Sequence record: OW849071.1
Direction: 5' to 3' (one strand)
From: a plasmid
DNA: 64,000 nt
This document shows, in pieces, positions 1 to 15,435 of this stretch (position 1 is the first letter of the stretch; the number at the start of each line of letters is the position of its first letter). A program made the translations under genes and the position numbers. Below the pieces are notes generated by a model. The model did not search any database, was not told the origin of the DNA, and saw only the letters and a list, made by a program, of their open reading frames with translations.

Positions 1-529
1 ACTGCCGCAACACCATTTATCCCCCGAGGGGATCACTGTACGGGAACTGGTTTCCTACGGCCGCAGCCCGTGGCTGTCGTTGTGGGGGCGACTCTCCGCG
101 GAAGACAACGAGCGGGTCAACGTGGCAATGAGTCAGACCCGGACGCGCAATCTGGCTGACCGCAGGTTAACCCAGCTTTCCGGCGGCCAGCGCCAGCGTG
201 CGTTTCTGGCGATGGTGCTGGCACAGGATACCCCACTCATTCTTCTTGATGAGCCTACGACCTACCTCGATATCAATCATCAGGTTGAACTGATGCGCCT
301 GATGGTTGAACTCAAAAGGCAGGGGAAAACCGTAGTGACGGTACTCCACGATCTGAATCAGGCCAGCCGCTATTGCGATCATCTGGTGGTACTGGCAAGC
401 GGTCGCGTGATGGCGCAAGGTGCTCCGGAAGCAGTGATGAAACCAGAGCTTCTAAAGACGGTGTTCAGCGTAGAAGCGGAAATCCATCCCGAACCGGTAT
501 CTGGCAGACCCATGTGTGTGGTGAAGTAG
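1..529 (+). CDS. fecE: Iron(III)-dicitrate ABC transporter ATP-binding protein FecE, 5'-partial (window edge)
   Basis: The translation (LSGGQRQRAFLAMVLAQ..., LLDEPTTYLDINHQ, C-terminal HPEPVSGRPMC) matches the FecE C-terminal half and the reading frame is open to the window start. Confidence 0.85.
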   Translation, partial: LPQHHLSPEGITVRELVSYGRSPWLSLWGRLSAEDNERVNVAMSQTRTRNLADRRLTQLSGGQRQRAFLAMVLAQDTPLILLDEPTTYLDINHQVELMRLMVELKRQGKTVVTVLHDLNQASRYCDHLVVLASGRVMAQGAPEAVMKPELLKTVFSVEAEIHPEPVSGRPMCVVK

Positions 530-570
530 TCTGGCGAAGTCATAAGGATCATCACAGGACAGATAAAGGA

Positions 571-921
571 AGTGATAACCACCTGCCAACAGGCACCAAA
601 ATCTGGCTGGTTGCCGGTATCACCGACATGCGCAACGGCTTCAATGGTCTCGCCGCAAAGGTGCAGACGATGCTGAAAGATGACCCGATGTCCGGCCATG
701 TCTTCATCTTCCGGGGCCGCAGCGGCAGTAAGGTCAAACTGCTGTGGTCCACCGGCGACGGACTGTGCCTGCTGACCAAACGGCTGGAACGCGGCCGCTT
801 CGCCTGGCCCTCTGCCCGCGATGGCAAAGTGTTCCTGACCCCGGCGCAGCTGGCAATGCTTCTGGAAGGCATCGACTGGCGGCAGCCTAAAAGACTGCTT
901 ACGTCCCTGACCATGTTGTAG
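571..921 (+). mobile_element. IS66-family accessory protein TnpB-like ORF (remnant with no ATG; likely non-ATG start or decayed)
   Basis: TKIWLVAGITDMRNGFNGLAAKVQ...FIFRGRSGSKVKLLW...DWRQPK matches the conserved IS66 orf2 (TnpB). No ATG lies upstream in frame. Confidence 0.6.
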
Positions 922-961
922 GCCTCTTTATTCTGGTTGTCGTTGAATAAGCCTGGTAAAA

Positions 962-1145
962 TGCGGGCTTATGAACAACACCTCCCCCTGACGACATCCT
1001 TCTGCTGAAACAGCGCCTGTCCGAACAGGAAGCGCTGAACCGCGCCCTGCTGGAAAAGCAGGCCGACCGGGAGCGCGAAATAGACCATCTGCAGGCGCAG
1101 CTGGATAAGCTTCGCCGGATGAACTTCGGCAGTCGTTCTGAATAA
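962..1145 (+). pseudogene. IS66-family transposase TnpC N-terminal remnant, frameshifted and truncated
   Basis: MNNTSP then a stop. In the +1 frame DDILLLKQRLSEQEALNRALLEKQADREREIDHLQAQLDKLRRMNFGSRSE resembles the coiled-coil N-terminus of IS66 TnpC. It ends about 60 codons in. Confidence 0.5.
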
Positions 1146-1251
1146 ATCTCCCGCCGCATCGCGCAGATAGAAGCCGACCTGAACCGGCTTCAGACAGAAA
1201 GCGATACGCTGACGGGTCGGGTTGCCGATACGGGCCGGGCCCCGTATCGTT

Positions 1252-1533
1252 TTAACCCTGAATATTCATCGCAGATATTGTTTCGGGTTTTCCGGTATAC
1301 CAGCCCTGAACTAGGTAACCGGGGCCAAGAGAACAGGCGAATTCAAACTGTCCTGGCGTTTCCACCCCTTCAAACACCAGTGGTTTGCCAGTACCACGTA
1401 ACCCTTTCACCATAGAAACAAGTAGCGCTCGCTTCACCGGGTCATCAATATTGGCAATAAAAATACGGTCTATTTTTATCTCATCGAAATCCAGTACCGT
1501 CAGCCATTCAATATGGGGGCCGCTTGGAAAACG
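1252..1533 (-). pseudogene. EAL-domain (c-di-GMP phosphodiesterase-like) C-terminal fragment, 5'-truncated by a Tn3-family IR
   Basis: The minus-strand translation FDEIKIDRIFIANIDD...GKPLVFEGVETPGQFEFACSLGPGYLVQGWY carries the typical EAL C-terminal motifs. The upstream part is cut at the IR starting at 1515. Confidence 0.6.
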
Positions 1534-1536
1534 GAA

Positions 1537-2861
1537 TCTATGGTCACTCCCGTTTTTGCAACACCGATTTTGACGACAAGTTGGCTTGCTTGAATCTATC
1601 CGGCGTCTGAATGGGATTTTATTCCCGCGCCTCGATGAGTTCCGCGCCTGATGAACCTCCAGAAAATATACGGCTTCAATGAGCCTTTCCGTTTTACAGG
1701 TTCCTCAACAGGCCGGTGGGCCGTTAGTATCATCAATATCAGTATTCGCAAAACCAGATGAATGATTGTTTAAACTGGTGTATTTCTGCCTTTATGCTTC
1801 GTAAGTTTGCTGTCGCGCCGTCAGTGCCCAGGCTATTCTGGCCAGCTTGTTTGCCAGAGCACAGGTGACGACAAAGTTGCTTTTCCGACACAACAACTCC
1901 CTGACCCAGTCGGCCAACTTGCCAGACTGGTGTTCCAGTTTTTGTATGAATACCCTGGCACACTGAACCAACAAAGTTCGGATCTTTTTGTTGCCCCGCT
2001 TGCTAATCCCTAACAATGTCGTCCGACCTCCCGTGCTGTACTGTCGGGGTACCAGCCCTGTTGCCGCCGCAAAGTCACGGCTGCTGGCGTACTGCTTCCC
2101 GTCGCCAATCTCAGTTGAAATAGTACTGGCAGTCAGCGTTCCAACGCAGGGAATACTCAGCAAGCGCTGTCCAACCTCATCTTCGTCCAACTTTCGTTTC
2201 AACTGAGATTCCAGATCTTTAATCTGCTCAACAAGATAGTGATAATGCTGTTGTAATTTCAGCAGTAACTGGCTGAGATAAAGAGGCAAACTACTGTCCT
2301 CAAGAAGGGTACTCAGTCGACTAATAACGGCAGCACCTCGCGGAACGCTGATACCAAATTCCAGCAGAAAAGCATGCATCTGATTAGTTGTTTTCACCTT
2401 ATCCTGAACCAGGGATTCACGGACACGATGCAGAGCTCGCATTGCCTGCTGAGATTCGGTTCTGGGCTGCACGAAACGCATAGATGGACGTGATGCTGCT
2501 TCACAGATAGCTTCAGCATCAACGAAGTCATTTTTGTTGCTTTTAACGAATGGGCGGACAAATTGCGGTGATATCAGCTTTGGAAAATGCCCTAACTCTT
2601 CCAGCTTGCGTGCCATAAAGTGAGAACCGCCACAGGCTTCCATCGCGATGGTTGTTGCCGGGCATGTCGCCAGAAATTCGATTAGCTTTGGTCGGGTGAA
2701 TTTTTTACGGTAAACGGCCTTCCCACGATGATCCTGACAATGAATATGGAAAGAGTTCTTACCCAGATCGATACCAATAAGCGCAATGTTTTCCATGATG
2801 GTTCTCCGAATGAAAGCCTGTCCTCAGCATAGTACTGGGAAGGAGGGAGTGACCATCTCAT
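1537..2861 (-). mobile_element. IS5075/IS4321-like element (IS110 family, IS1111 group), copy A, inserted inside a 38-39-bp Tn3-family inverted repeat
   Basis: The 334-aa IS1111-type transposase is identical to copy B. The flanking IR halves are GGGGGCCGCTTGGAAAACGGAA (1515-1536) and AAATATCCTACGTTAAG (2862-2878). This IS group targets Tn21-family IRs. Confidence 0.85.
1792..2796 (-). CDS. IS5075-type transposase (IS110 family), 334 aa
   Basis: Full-length ORF MENIALIGIDLGKNSFHIHCQDHRGK... It is 100 percent identical to the ORF at 34583-35587. Confidence 0.9.
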   Translation of the reverse strand: MENIALIGIDLGKNSFHIHCQDHRGKAVYRKKFTRPKLIEFLATCPATTIAMEACGGSHFMARKLEELGHFPKLISPQFVRPFVKSNKNDFVDAEAICEAASRPSMRFVQPRTESQQAMRALHRVRESLVQDKVKTTNQMHAFLLEFGISVPRGAAVISRLSTLLEDSSLPLYLSQLLLKLQQHYHYLVEQIKDLESQLKRKLDEDEVGQRLLSIPCVGTLTASTISTEIGDGKQYASSRDFAAATGLVPRQYSTGGRTTLLGISKRGNKKIRTLLVQCARVFIQKLEHQSGKLADWVRELLCRKSNFVVTCALANKLARIAWALTARQQTYEA

Positions 2862-2962
2862 TAAATATCCTACGTTAAGCCTGTTTTTTGAGCTGGCATG
2901 ACGGGCAGCTATGAGCGAAGTATAGTCATTCGCCCTATCTCTTTTGTCGCACTTTCAACAAG

Positions 2963-2993
2963 GGGGTCGCTTGGAAAGCGGAACGAGGTCAGT
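2963..2993 (+). repeat. Second Tn3-family IR-like sequence (GGGGGTCGCTTGGAAAGCGGAACGAGGTCAG), same orientation as the IR at 1515
   Basis: The first 22 nt match the IR half at 1515-1536 closely, and it lies 85 bp beyond the inner IR end. Confidence 0.35.
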
Positions 2994-3319
2994 CTCCGCC
3001 CGGACTGCTCAGCTCTTTAAACAGCAAAAGAGAGGCATCTTATGAGAAGGGATTGTTCAGTATGTCAGGGCAGACTGCTTTTTCATCCGCAGGTACTGAG
3101 GGTAAATGCTCAATTCCGGTACGATTCTTACTCTATAGCCAGACAGGGTAATGCTGTCAACCTGTTGATGACTATTTTAATCTGTAGTCATTCAATCCTT
3201 GTAACATCAGGATGATCCTGGTGTCAGTGAAAATACGAAATCAACACGTTGGTATCATTACCCACCTGTGAACTGACGTCGGCATTTTGAATCTCACTTC
3301 GGCGTGCCCCCTCCGAATG

Positions 3320-3382
3320 GCGCAAAACATTTCGTGGTATGGCATGATAGCACCCGAAGAGAGTCAATTCAGGGTGGTAAAT
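3320..3382 (+). promoter_or_regulatory. lacI promoter region
   Basis: The sequence gcgcaaaacatttcgtggtatggcatgatagc...gagtcaattcagggtggtaaat is near-identical to the E. coli lacI promoter and leader ahead of the GTG start. Confidence 0.55.
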
Positions 3383-4465
3383 GTGAAACCAGTAACGCTA
3401 TACGATGTCGCAGAGTATGCCGGTGTCTCTTATCAGACCGTTTCCCGCGTGGTGAACCAGGCCAGCCACGTCTCTGCGAAAACGCGGGAAAAGGTGGAAG
3501 CGGCGATGGCGCAGCTGAACTACATTCCCAACCGCGTGGCACAACAACTGGCGGGCAAACAGTCGTTGCTGATTGGCGTTGCTACCTCCAGTCTGGCCCT
3601 GCACGCGCCGTCGCAAATTGTCGCGGCGATTAAATCTCGCGCCGATCAACTGGGTGCCAGCGTGGTGGTGTCGATGGTAGAACGAAGCAGCGTCGAAGCC
3701 TGTAAAGCGGCGGTACATAACCTTCTCGCGCAACGCGTCAGTGGTCTGATCATTAACTATCCGCTGGATGACGAGGATGCCATTGCTGTGGAAGCTGCCT
3801 GCGCTAATGTTCCGGCCCTATTTCTTGATGTCTCTGACCAGACTCCCATCAACAGTATTATTTTTTCCCATGAAGACGGTACGCGACTGGGCGTGGAGCA
3901 TCTGATCGCATTGGGTCACCAGCAAATCGCGTTGTTAGCCGGTCCATTAAGTTCTGTCTCGGCGCGTCTGCGTCTGGCGGACTGGCATAAATATCTCACA
4001 CGCAATCAAATTCATCCGATAGCGGAACGGGAAGGCGACTGGAGTGCCATGTCCGGTTTTCAACAAACTATGCAAATGCTGAATGAGGGCATCGTTCCCA
4101 CTGCGATGCTGGTTGCCAACGATCAGATGGCGCTGGGCGCAATGCGCGCTATTACCGAGTCCGGGCTGCGCGTTGGTGCGGATATCTCGGTAGTGGGATA
4201 CGACGATACCGAAGACAGCTCGTGTTATATCCCGCCGTTAACCACCATCAAACAGGATTTTCGCCTGCTGGGGAAAACTAGCGTGGACCGCTTGCTGAAA
4301 CTCTCTCAGGGCCAGGCGGTGAAGAGCAATCAGCTGTTGCCCGTCTCACTGGTGAAAAGAAAAACCACCCTACCGCCCAATACGCAAACCACCTCTCCCC
4401 GCACGTTGGCAGATTCCTTAATGCAGCTGGCACGACAAGTTTCCCGACTTGAAAGCGGGCAGTGA
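3383..4465 (+). CDS. lacI: Lactose operon repressor LacI (GTG start, 360 aa)
   Basis: VKPVTLYDVAEYAGVSYQTVSRVVNQ...RLESGQ is near-identical to E. coli LacI. The ORF-track start at 3287 is upstream read-through. Confidence 0.95.
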   Translation: MKPVTLYDVAEYAGVSYQTVSRVVNQASHVSAKTREKVEAAMAQLNYIPNRVAQQLAGKQSLLIGVATSSLALHAPSQIVAAIKSRADQLGASVVVSMVERSSVEACKAAVHNLLAQRVSGLIINYPLDDEDAIAVEAACANVPALFLDVSDQTPINSIIFSHEDGTRLGVEHLIALGHQQIALLAGPLSSVSARLRLADWHKYLTRNQIHPIAEREGDWSAMSGFQQTMQMLNEGIVPTAMLVANDQMALGAMRAITESGLRVGADISVVGYDDTEDSSCYIPPLTTIKQDFRLLGKTSVDRLLKLSQGQAVKSNQLLPVSLVKRKTTLPPNTQTTSPRTLADSLMQLARQVSRLESGQ

Positions 4466-4477
4466 GCGCAACGCAAT

Positions 4478-7661
<3,184 letters not shown>

Positions 7662-7667
7662 TAATAA

Positions 7668-8966
<1,299 letters not shown>

Positions 8967-9031
8967 GAAATTAATGTCGGATACGGCGCGAGCGCCTTAT
9001 CCGACCAACTTATCAGGACGGAATGTTAAAA

Positions 9032-9170
9032 ATGAACATGTCGATGACAGAAAAAATAAAAGCAGGCAAGCTATTTACCGATATGTGCGAAGGCTTACCT
9101 GAAAAAAGACTTCGTGGGAAAACATTAATGTATGAGTTCAATCACTCGCATCCATCAGAAGTTGAAAAAA
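9032..9170 (+). pseudogene. lacA: Galactoside O-acetyltransferase lacA, 3'-truncated after about 46 codons by IS1
   Basis: MNMSMTEKIKAGKLFTDMCEGLPEKRLRGKTLMYEFNHSHPSEVEK is the LacA N-terminus. It is broken at the IS1 end at 9171. Confidence 0.85.
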
Positions 9171-9937
9171 GGGTAATGACTCCAACTTATTGATAGTGTT
9201 TTATGTTCAGATAATGCCCGATGACTTTGTCATGCAGCTCCACCGATTTTGAGAGCGACAGCGACTTCCGTCCCAGCCGTGCCAGGTGCTGCCTCAGATT
9301 CAGGTTATGCCGCTCAATTCGCTGCGTATATCGCTTGCTGATTACGTGCAGCTTTCCCTTCAGGCGGGATTCATACAGCGGCCAGCCATCCGTCATCCAT
9401 ATCACCACGTCAAAGGGTGACAGCAGGCTCATAAGACGCCCCAGCGTCGCCATAGTGCGTTCACCGAATACGTGCGCAAACCGTCTTCCGGAGCCTGTCA
9501 TACGCGTAAAACAGCCAGCACTGGCGCGATTTAGCCCCGACATAGCCCCACTGTTCGTCCATTTCCGCGCAGACGATGACGTCACTGCCCGGCTGTATGC
9601 GCGAGGTTACCGACTGCGGCCTGAGTTTTTTAAGTGACGTAAAATCGTGTTGAGGCCAACGCCCATAATGCGGGCGGTTGCCCGGCATCCAACACCATTC
9701 ATGGCCATATCAATGATTTTCTGGTGCGTACCGGGTTGAGAAGCGGTGTAAGTGAACTGCAGTTGCCATGTTTTACGGCAGTGAGAGCAGAGATAGCGCT
9801 GATGTCCGGCAGTGCTTTTGCCGTTACGCACCACCCCGTCAGTAGCTGAACAGGAGGGGCAGCTGATAGAAACAGAAGCCACTGGAGCACCTCAAAAACA
9901 CCATCATACACTAAATCAGTAAGTTGGCAGCATCACC
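9171..9937 (-). mobile_element. IS1 copy 1, with insA (9607-9882) and insB (9187-9585) on the minus strand
   Basis: The ends are GGTAATGACTCCAACTTATTGATAGTG and CAGTAAGTTGGCAGCATCACC. InsA is [40 protein letters not shown] and the InsB frame follows. No matching 8-9-bp flanking duplication is present. Confidence 0.93.
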
Positions 9938-10286
9938 GACCTCCCAGGGCCTGTGTAATTCTGTCACCAAATAGTATCGTCAGACTACGATCATAGTAAA
10001 TGGTTTCACCAGTGATAGATTCATGCTTTAATATTATCCCATAGCCATATCTTTCAAGCATATTCATACCCACCCTTGCCAAATTGTAAGAATAATTTAT
10101 TCCCCAAATGGAACCATTTCTTCCTTCAAAAAACTCCGCTCTGTAATATCTTTTTAGAAATTCATAGTGTGCGTCTTCACTAAACATACCCCCTCCCGCT
10201 ACAGAATTTACATAACAGTTTTTTATAATAAAAAGATGAAATGCATAAATATATATCCCGTTTTTCCTCTGCCGCCCACCATTCAC
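9938..10286 (-). pseudogene. Hypothetical ORF, 3'-truncated by IS1 (stop codon supplied by the IS1 terminus)
   Basis: The ORF runs into the IS1 end at 9937 in an AT-rich context with no recognisable family. Confidence 0.35.
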
Positions 10287-10521
10287 AGATAGAGGATATA
10301 ATCCTATATTATTTATTGTATGCTTAAATCATTTGATGACTATGGTTTCATATATTTTCATCATGTTAGCACCCATGATGTATGTTTATTTTTTCTGAAG
10401 CATACCAATAATCAAACCCCGTTCAACATAACAACATAAAATAATTTATAACAAATTTAGTTGAAACTTAATATATGAGATAGTGACTTTCCATAAGCAG
10501 ATCATTAGTTTATAGGGCATC

Positions 10522-11088
10522 CTAACGATGCAGGCTCCTCCTGGCAAAACTGTCGATGATGAGATTTTTTTTGCGGTATATTCCACTTATTTTGGTGGTA
10601 TTCAGTTTATGCAAAACAATACCGACAAAAGACTGAACCGTTTTTTTGGAGATCAGCAGGCTACGGGAAATTTCATCTATCGAATAACCATTTAAAATCA
10701 TATTGATAACATGTGTTTCTCTTTTGGTAAATGACAACTTGTCCCTCTTCAGATTGATCCCCATTTTTTTAAACGCCTGCCTCATCATGAGATATTCATT
10801 ACCGCTTAATTCAGTGTCAATGCATACCGCTTCACGCCCTGTCCCGCTCATTCCTGACGCCGGTTTTAATAAAAAGATAAGATTGACCGGTGAAATGTGT
10901 AGGTACTTGAGACGTTCGGCATCGCCGGTGTTCAGCTCTGACTCCACAATCACCACATCGCTGTTGCTGAAGGCAATATCGCTGACCCGTGAAAACACAA
11001 CCCTGTTGACGGAGAGGCTGTTGTCGCTGAACATACATTTCAGACCTACAAGCATGAAATTATTATTGGTAATAACATAGATATTCAT
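10522..11088 (-). CDS. LuxR/GerE-family helix-turn-helix transcriptional regulator (188 aa)
   Basis: The C-terminus LTKRETHVINMILNGYSIDEISRSLLISKKTVQSFVGIVLHKLN is a LuxR-type HTH. It lies in an AT-rich (about 30 percent GC) islet. Confidence 0.6.
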   Translation of the reverse strand: MNIYVITNNNFMLVGLKCMFSDNSLSVNRVVFSRVSDIAFSNSDVVIVESELNTGDAERLKYLHISPVNLIFLLKPASGMSGTGREAVCIDTELSGNEYLMMRQAFKKMGINLKRDKLSFTKRETHVINMILNGYSIDEISRSLLISKKTVQSFVGIVLHKLNTTKISGIYRKKNLIIDSFARRSLHR

Positions 11089-11212
11089 ATAGTCCCCGCA
11101 GCAATACCTTTTGCGAAGCGTCCCGTTCCTTATGTTCTGACAAAGTGGTGCCTGTATTGGTGTCGCCGGGTAACTATGACGTACTCCGGCTCAGCGGAGT
11201 ACGTCAACTGCT

Positions 11213-12856
11213 CTACTGGTGCGCCGCTAGCACGCTATTCACGATTTCCACCGCTTCTTTCTCGATCTGCTTGCGATGTGCTTCCCCGAGGAAGCTCTCG
11301 CAGTAGATCTTGTAAGCGTCTTCCGTACCTGACGGTCGGGCGGCGAACCAGCCGTTGTCGGTCATCACTTTCAGGCCACCAATCGATGCGCCGTTGCCCG
11401 GCGCGGCGGTCAGACGCGCAGTGATCGGGTCACCCGCCAGCTGACTGGCCCTGACCATTTCCGGCGACAGCTTCGACAGCACCGCTTTCTGTGCGGAAGT
11501 GGCCGAAGCCTGCAGCCGGTTATAGCTCGGCGCGCCGAAGCGGGCGGCCAGTTCGTCGTAGTGCTCCTGCGGGTTTTTACCGGTGACGGCGGTGATTTCC
11601 GCCGCCAGCAGGCACATGATGATCCCGTCTTTGTCGGTCGACCACGGCGTTCCGTCAAAACGCAGGAACGAGGCGCCCGCGCTCTCTTCTCCGCCGAAGC
11701 CGAAGCTGCCGTCGAACAGGCCGTCAACAAACCATTTAAAGCCCACCGGCACTTCAACCAGCCTGCGGCCGAGGTCGTTCACCACACGGTCGATCATCGC
11801 GGAAGAGACCAGCGTCTTGCCCACCGCCACATCCTGGCCCCACTGCGGGCGATGCTGGAACAGGTAGTTAATCGCCACCGCCAGATAGTGGTTCGGGTTC
11901 ATCAGCCCTGCCGGCGTGACGATGCCGTGACGGTCATAATCTGGATCGTTAGCAAAAGCCAGGTCAAACTTATCGCGCAGCGCCAGCAGGCCCGCCATTG
12001 CGCACTCAGATGAGCAGTCCATGCGAATGGCGCCGTCTTTATCCAGATGCATAAAGCGGAAGGTTTGATCGACGTGATCGTTGACGATAGTCAGGTCGAG
12101 CTTGTAGTGCCCGGCAATACGTTTCCAGTATTCGATACCGGACCCGCCCAGCGGATCGATCCCGAGCTTGAGGCCGGCTTTCTGAATTGCCGCCATGTCG
12201 ACGATATCCGCCAGCCCTTCGATAAACGGCTGTACCAGATCCTGCTTTTTAACATGACCGGATGCCAGTGCCGCATCGAGGGAGATGCGCCTGACGCCCT
12301 GCAGACCCGAGGCCAGCAGTTCGTTAGCGCGATTCTCTACCACTTTGGTGACGTTGGTATCCGCCGGGCCGCCGTTCGGCGGGTTGTACTTAATACCGCC
12401 ATCTTCCGGCGGGTTATGAGACGGCGTGATCACGATGCCGTCTGCCAGCGGACCACCTTTTTTGTTGTGCACCAGGATGGCATTGGAAATGGCCGGCGTC
12501 GGGGTGAAACCGTTGTGTTCCTGCACGATAACATCAACGCCGTTGGCCGCCAGCACTTCCAGTACGGAAATAAAGGCCGGTTCGGAGAGCGCGTGGGTAT
12601 CTTTACCCACGTAGCAGGGACCGGTAATCCCGTTCCTGGCGCGGTCTTCCGCAATCGCCTGCGCGATCGCCAGAATATGCTGCTCATTGAAGTTATGGCG
12701 CCCTGCACTGCCACGATGGCCAGAGGTACCAAACTTCACCGCATGCTCCGCGTTGCCCGCTTCCGGCCTCAGTACGTAGTACTGCGCGGTCAGCTGAGCG
12801 ACGTTAATCAAATCACTCTGTTGTGCAGGCTCCCCTGCGCGTTTACTGTCCGTCAT
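11213..12856 (-). CDS. pgm: Phosphoglucomutase (547 aa)
   Basis: [25 protein letters not shown] and GGEESAG are phosphohexomutase motifs. It is collinear with E. coli Pgm. Confidence 0.9.
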   Translation of the reverse strand: MTDSKRAGEPAQQSDLINVAQLTAQYYVLRPEAGNAEHAVKFGTSGHRGSAGRHNFNEQHILAIAQAIAEDRARNGITGPCYVGKDTHALSEPAFISVLEVLAANGVDVIVQEHNGFTPTPAISNAILVHNKKGGPLADGIVITPSHNPPEDGGIKYNPPNGGPADTNVTKVVENRANELLASGLQGVRRISLDAALASGHVKKQDLVQPFIEGLADIVDMAAIQKAGLKLGIDPLGGSGIEYWKRIAGHYKLDLTIVNDHVDQTFRFMHLDKDGAIRMDCSSECAMAGLLALRDKFDLAFANDPDYDRHGIVTPAGLMNPNHYLAVAINYLFQHRPQWGQDVAVGKTLVSSAMIDRVVNDLGRRLVEVPVGFKWFVDGLFDGSFGFGGEESAGASFLRFDGTPWSTDKDGIIMCLLAAEITAVTGKNPQEHYDELAARFGAPSYNRLQASATSAQKAVLSKLSPEMVRASQLAGDPITARLTAAPGNGASIGGLKVMTDNGWFAARPSGTEDAYKIYCESFLGEAHRKQIEKEAVEIVNSVLAAHQ

Positions 12857-12969
12857 TTTTCTCTCCTGTCATATCCGTCAGGCTTATTTATGTGTTGCTG
12901 CCGGGTCGCTCATCGACGGGGCCGGTCTCCTGCCACCCGCCCCGGCGTTTCCTGGTTGTCAGTACGCGC

Positions 12970-15417
12970 TCAGAGTTGCGTTTTGTCGATATACCAGATC
13001 TTTTGCGCATACTCCCGCACCGTACGGTCCGATGAAAAATAGCCCATGTGGGTTATGTTGAGCATCGCTTTGGCGGTCCACTCTTCCGGGGTTCGGTAGA
13101 GCGCATCCACCTTGTCCTGACAGTCAACATAGCTGCGGTAATCGGCCAGCACCTGATAGTGGTCGCCAAAGTTGATCAGCGAATCCAGCAGACCGCGATA
13201 GCGGCCCGGCTCCTGTGGGCTGAACACCCCGGTCCCCATCTGGGTCAGCGCCTGGCGCAGCTCTTGATCCTGGTCGTAGTAATCACGCGGCTGATAACCG
13301 TTGCTGCGCAGCGCCTCGACCTCTGCAGCGGTATTACCGAAGATAAAGATATTGTCCTCACCCACGTGCTCCAACATCTCAACGTTGGCGCCGTCCAGCG
13401 TGCCAATGGTCAGCGCACCGTTGAGGGCGAACTTCATATTACTGGTCCCGGAGGCTTCAGTCCCTGCCAGCGAAATCTGCTCAGAAAGGTCCGCGGCCGG
13501 AATGATCATCTGCGCCAGACTGACGCTGTAGTTGGGAATGAACACCACCTTTAGTCTGTCGCCAATCTGCGGATCGCTGTTGATGACTTTGGCGACGTCG
13601 TTTATCAGATGGATGATCTGTTTTGCCGTGTGGTAAGCGGACGCGGCTTTGCCGGCGAAAATCACCACTCGCGGCACCCATTCGGCCTGCGGGTCCGCCT
13701 TGATACGGTTGTAGCGGGTGATCACATGCAGCACATTCATCAGCTGGCGTTTATATTCGTGGATCCGTTTAATTTGCACATCAAACAGCGCGTTCGGGTT
13801 CACCACCACGCCCAGCTGACGGGCGATATAATCGGCCAGACGCTGTTTATTCGCCAGTTTGGCGGCGCTGACGGCCTGGTTAACCAGCGGATAATCCTGA
13901 TATTCCCCCATTTCGCTCAGCTGGCTTAAATCCGTTCGCCAGGTCTGGCCGATATGGCGGTCCAGAACCGCGGCAAGGGACGGGTTAGCGGCAGCCAGCC
14001 AGCGGCGCGGCGTGACGCCGTTAGTCACGTTGGTGAAGCGGCGCGGAAAGATTCTGGCGAAATCGGCAAACAGCGACTCCACCATCAGCCGGGAGTGCAG
14101 TTCCGACACGCCGTTCACCTTGTAACTGACCACCACCGCCAGCCAGGCCATCCGTACGCGACGGTCGTTGGATTCATCGATAATCGAGGTCCGGCTCAGC
14201 AACGCAATATCATCGGGATAGTGCTCCTGCATGGTTTTCAGAAAATAGTCATTAATCTCGAAAATAATCTGCAAATGGCGCGGCAGGATTTTCCCCAGCA
14301 TCTCGACCGGCCAGGTCTCCAGCGCCTCGCTCATCAGGGTATGGTTGGTGTAGGAGAAGACCTGACAGGTCACCCCGAAAGCGTCATCCCAGCTGAAGCG
14401 GTGTTCGTCAATCAGCAGACGCATCAGCTCCGGGATCGACAGCACCGGATGGGTGTCGTTGAGGTGGATAGCAATTTTATCTGCCAGGTTGTCATAGGTT
14501 TGATACAACTGGTAATGGCGAAAAAGAATATCCTGCACCGTCGCCGAAACGAGGAAATATTCCTGACGCAGGCGCAGCTCGCGCCCGGAGTAGGTCGAGT
14601 CGTCCGGATACAGTACCCGGGAGACGTTTTCGGAATGGTTTTTATCTTCTACCGCCGCGAAGTAATCTCCCTGATTAAATTTACCGAGGTTAATCTCGCT
14701 GCTGGCCTGGGCGCTCCACAAGCGCAGGGTGTTGGTGGCATCGGTTTCATAACCCGGGATAATCTGATCGTAGGCCACCGCGATGATCTCTTCGGTTTCC
14801 AGCCAGCGCGAGTTTTTCCCCTCATGCTGAATGCGCCCGCCAAAGCGCACGGTATAGCGGGTTTTATGGCGCTCGAATTCCCAGGGGTTACCGTACTCCA
14901 GCCAGTAGTCCGGTGACTCCATCTGCCGGCCGTCGATGATGTTTTGCTTGAACATGCCGTAGTCGTAGCGGATGCCGTAACCGCGTCCTGGCAGCCCCAG
15001 CGTGGCCAGGGAGTCGAGAAAACAGGCTGCCAGACGACCGAGACCGCCGTTGCCCAGGCCCGGGTCATTCTCTTCGTCAATCAGCTCTTCCAGATCCAGA
15101 CCCATCCCGGCCAGCGCTGTTTTCACATCCTCATAGATGCCCAGCGACAGTAAGGCATTCGAGAGGGTACGGCCGATGAGAAACTCCATCGACAGATAAT
15201 ATACCTGGCGCGCCTGCTGCGAGATCCGCGCCCGATGCGCCCGCAACCAGCGCTCAACCAGCCGATCGCGCACGGCGAACAGCGTAGCATTGAGCCATTC
15301 ATGCTTATTGGCAAGTGAAGGGTCTTTACCGAGAATAAACATGAGGTTATAAGCGATAGCATGCTGCAGCGCTTCTTCATTCAGCCTGGGTGAAATATAA
15401 CTTATGCGTGGTTCCAT
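12970..15417 (-). CDS. glgP: Glycogen phosphorylase GlgP (about 815 aa; alternative start at 15435)
   Basis: ...[18 protein letters not shown]...NDTHP...[30 protein letters not shown] is near-collinear with E. coli GlgP, including the pyridoxal-phosphate lysine region. Confidence 0.9.
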   Translation of the reverse strand: MEPRISYISPRLNEEALQHAIAYNLMFILGKDPSLANKHEWLNATLFAVRDRLVERWLRAHRARISQQARQVYYLSMEFLIGRTLSNALLSLGIYEDVKTALAGMGLDLEELIDEENDPGLGNGGLGRLAACFLDSLATLGLPGRGYGIRYDYGMFKQNIIDGRQMESPDYWLEYGNPWEFERHKTRYTVRFGGRIQHEGKNSRWLETEEIIAVAYDQIIPGYETDATNTLRLWSAQASSEINLGKFNQGDYFAAVEDKNHSENVSRVLYPDDSTYSGRELRLRQEYFLVSATVQDILFRHYQLYQTYDNLADKIAIHLNDTHPVLSIPELMRLLIDEHRFSWDDAFGVTCQVFSYTNHTLMSEALETWPVEMLGKILPRHLQIIFEINDYFLKTMQEHYPDDIALLSRTSIIDESNDRRVRMAWLAVVVSYKVNGVSELHSRLMVESLFADFARIFPRRFTNVTNGVTPRRWLAAANPSLAAVLDRHIGQTWRTDLSQLSEMGEYQDYPLVNQAVSAAKLANKQRLADYIARQLGVVVNPNALFDVQIKRIHEYKRQLMNVLHVITRYNRIKADPQAEWVPRVVIFAGKAASAYHTAKQIIHLINDVAKVINSDPQIGDRLKVVFIPNYSVSLAQMIIPAADLSEQISLAGTEASGTSNMKFALNGALTIGTLDGANVEMLEHVGEDNIFIFGNTAAEVEALRSNGYQPRDYYDQDQELRQALTQMGTGVFSPQEPGRYRGLLDSLINFGDHYQVLADYRSYVDCQDKVDALYRTPEEWTAKAMLNITHMGYFSSDRTVREYAQKIWYIDKTQL

Positions 15418-15435
15418 TTTTCTTATCCGTAGCAA

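Noticed and set aside
373-570. N-terminal 65 residues of the 182-aa ORF (MRSSGGTGKRSRDGARC...) as part of the IS66 TnpB-like protein
   Set aside because: This part overlaps the fecE 3' end in another frame and has no similarity to IS66 proteins. Only the portion from about 571 matches TnpB.
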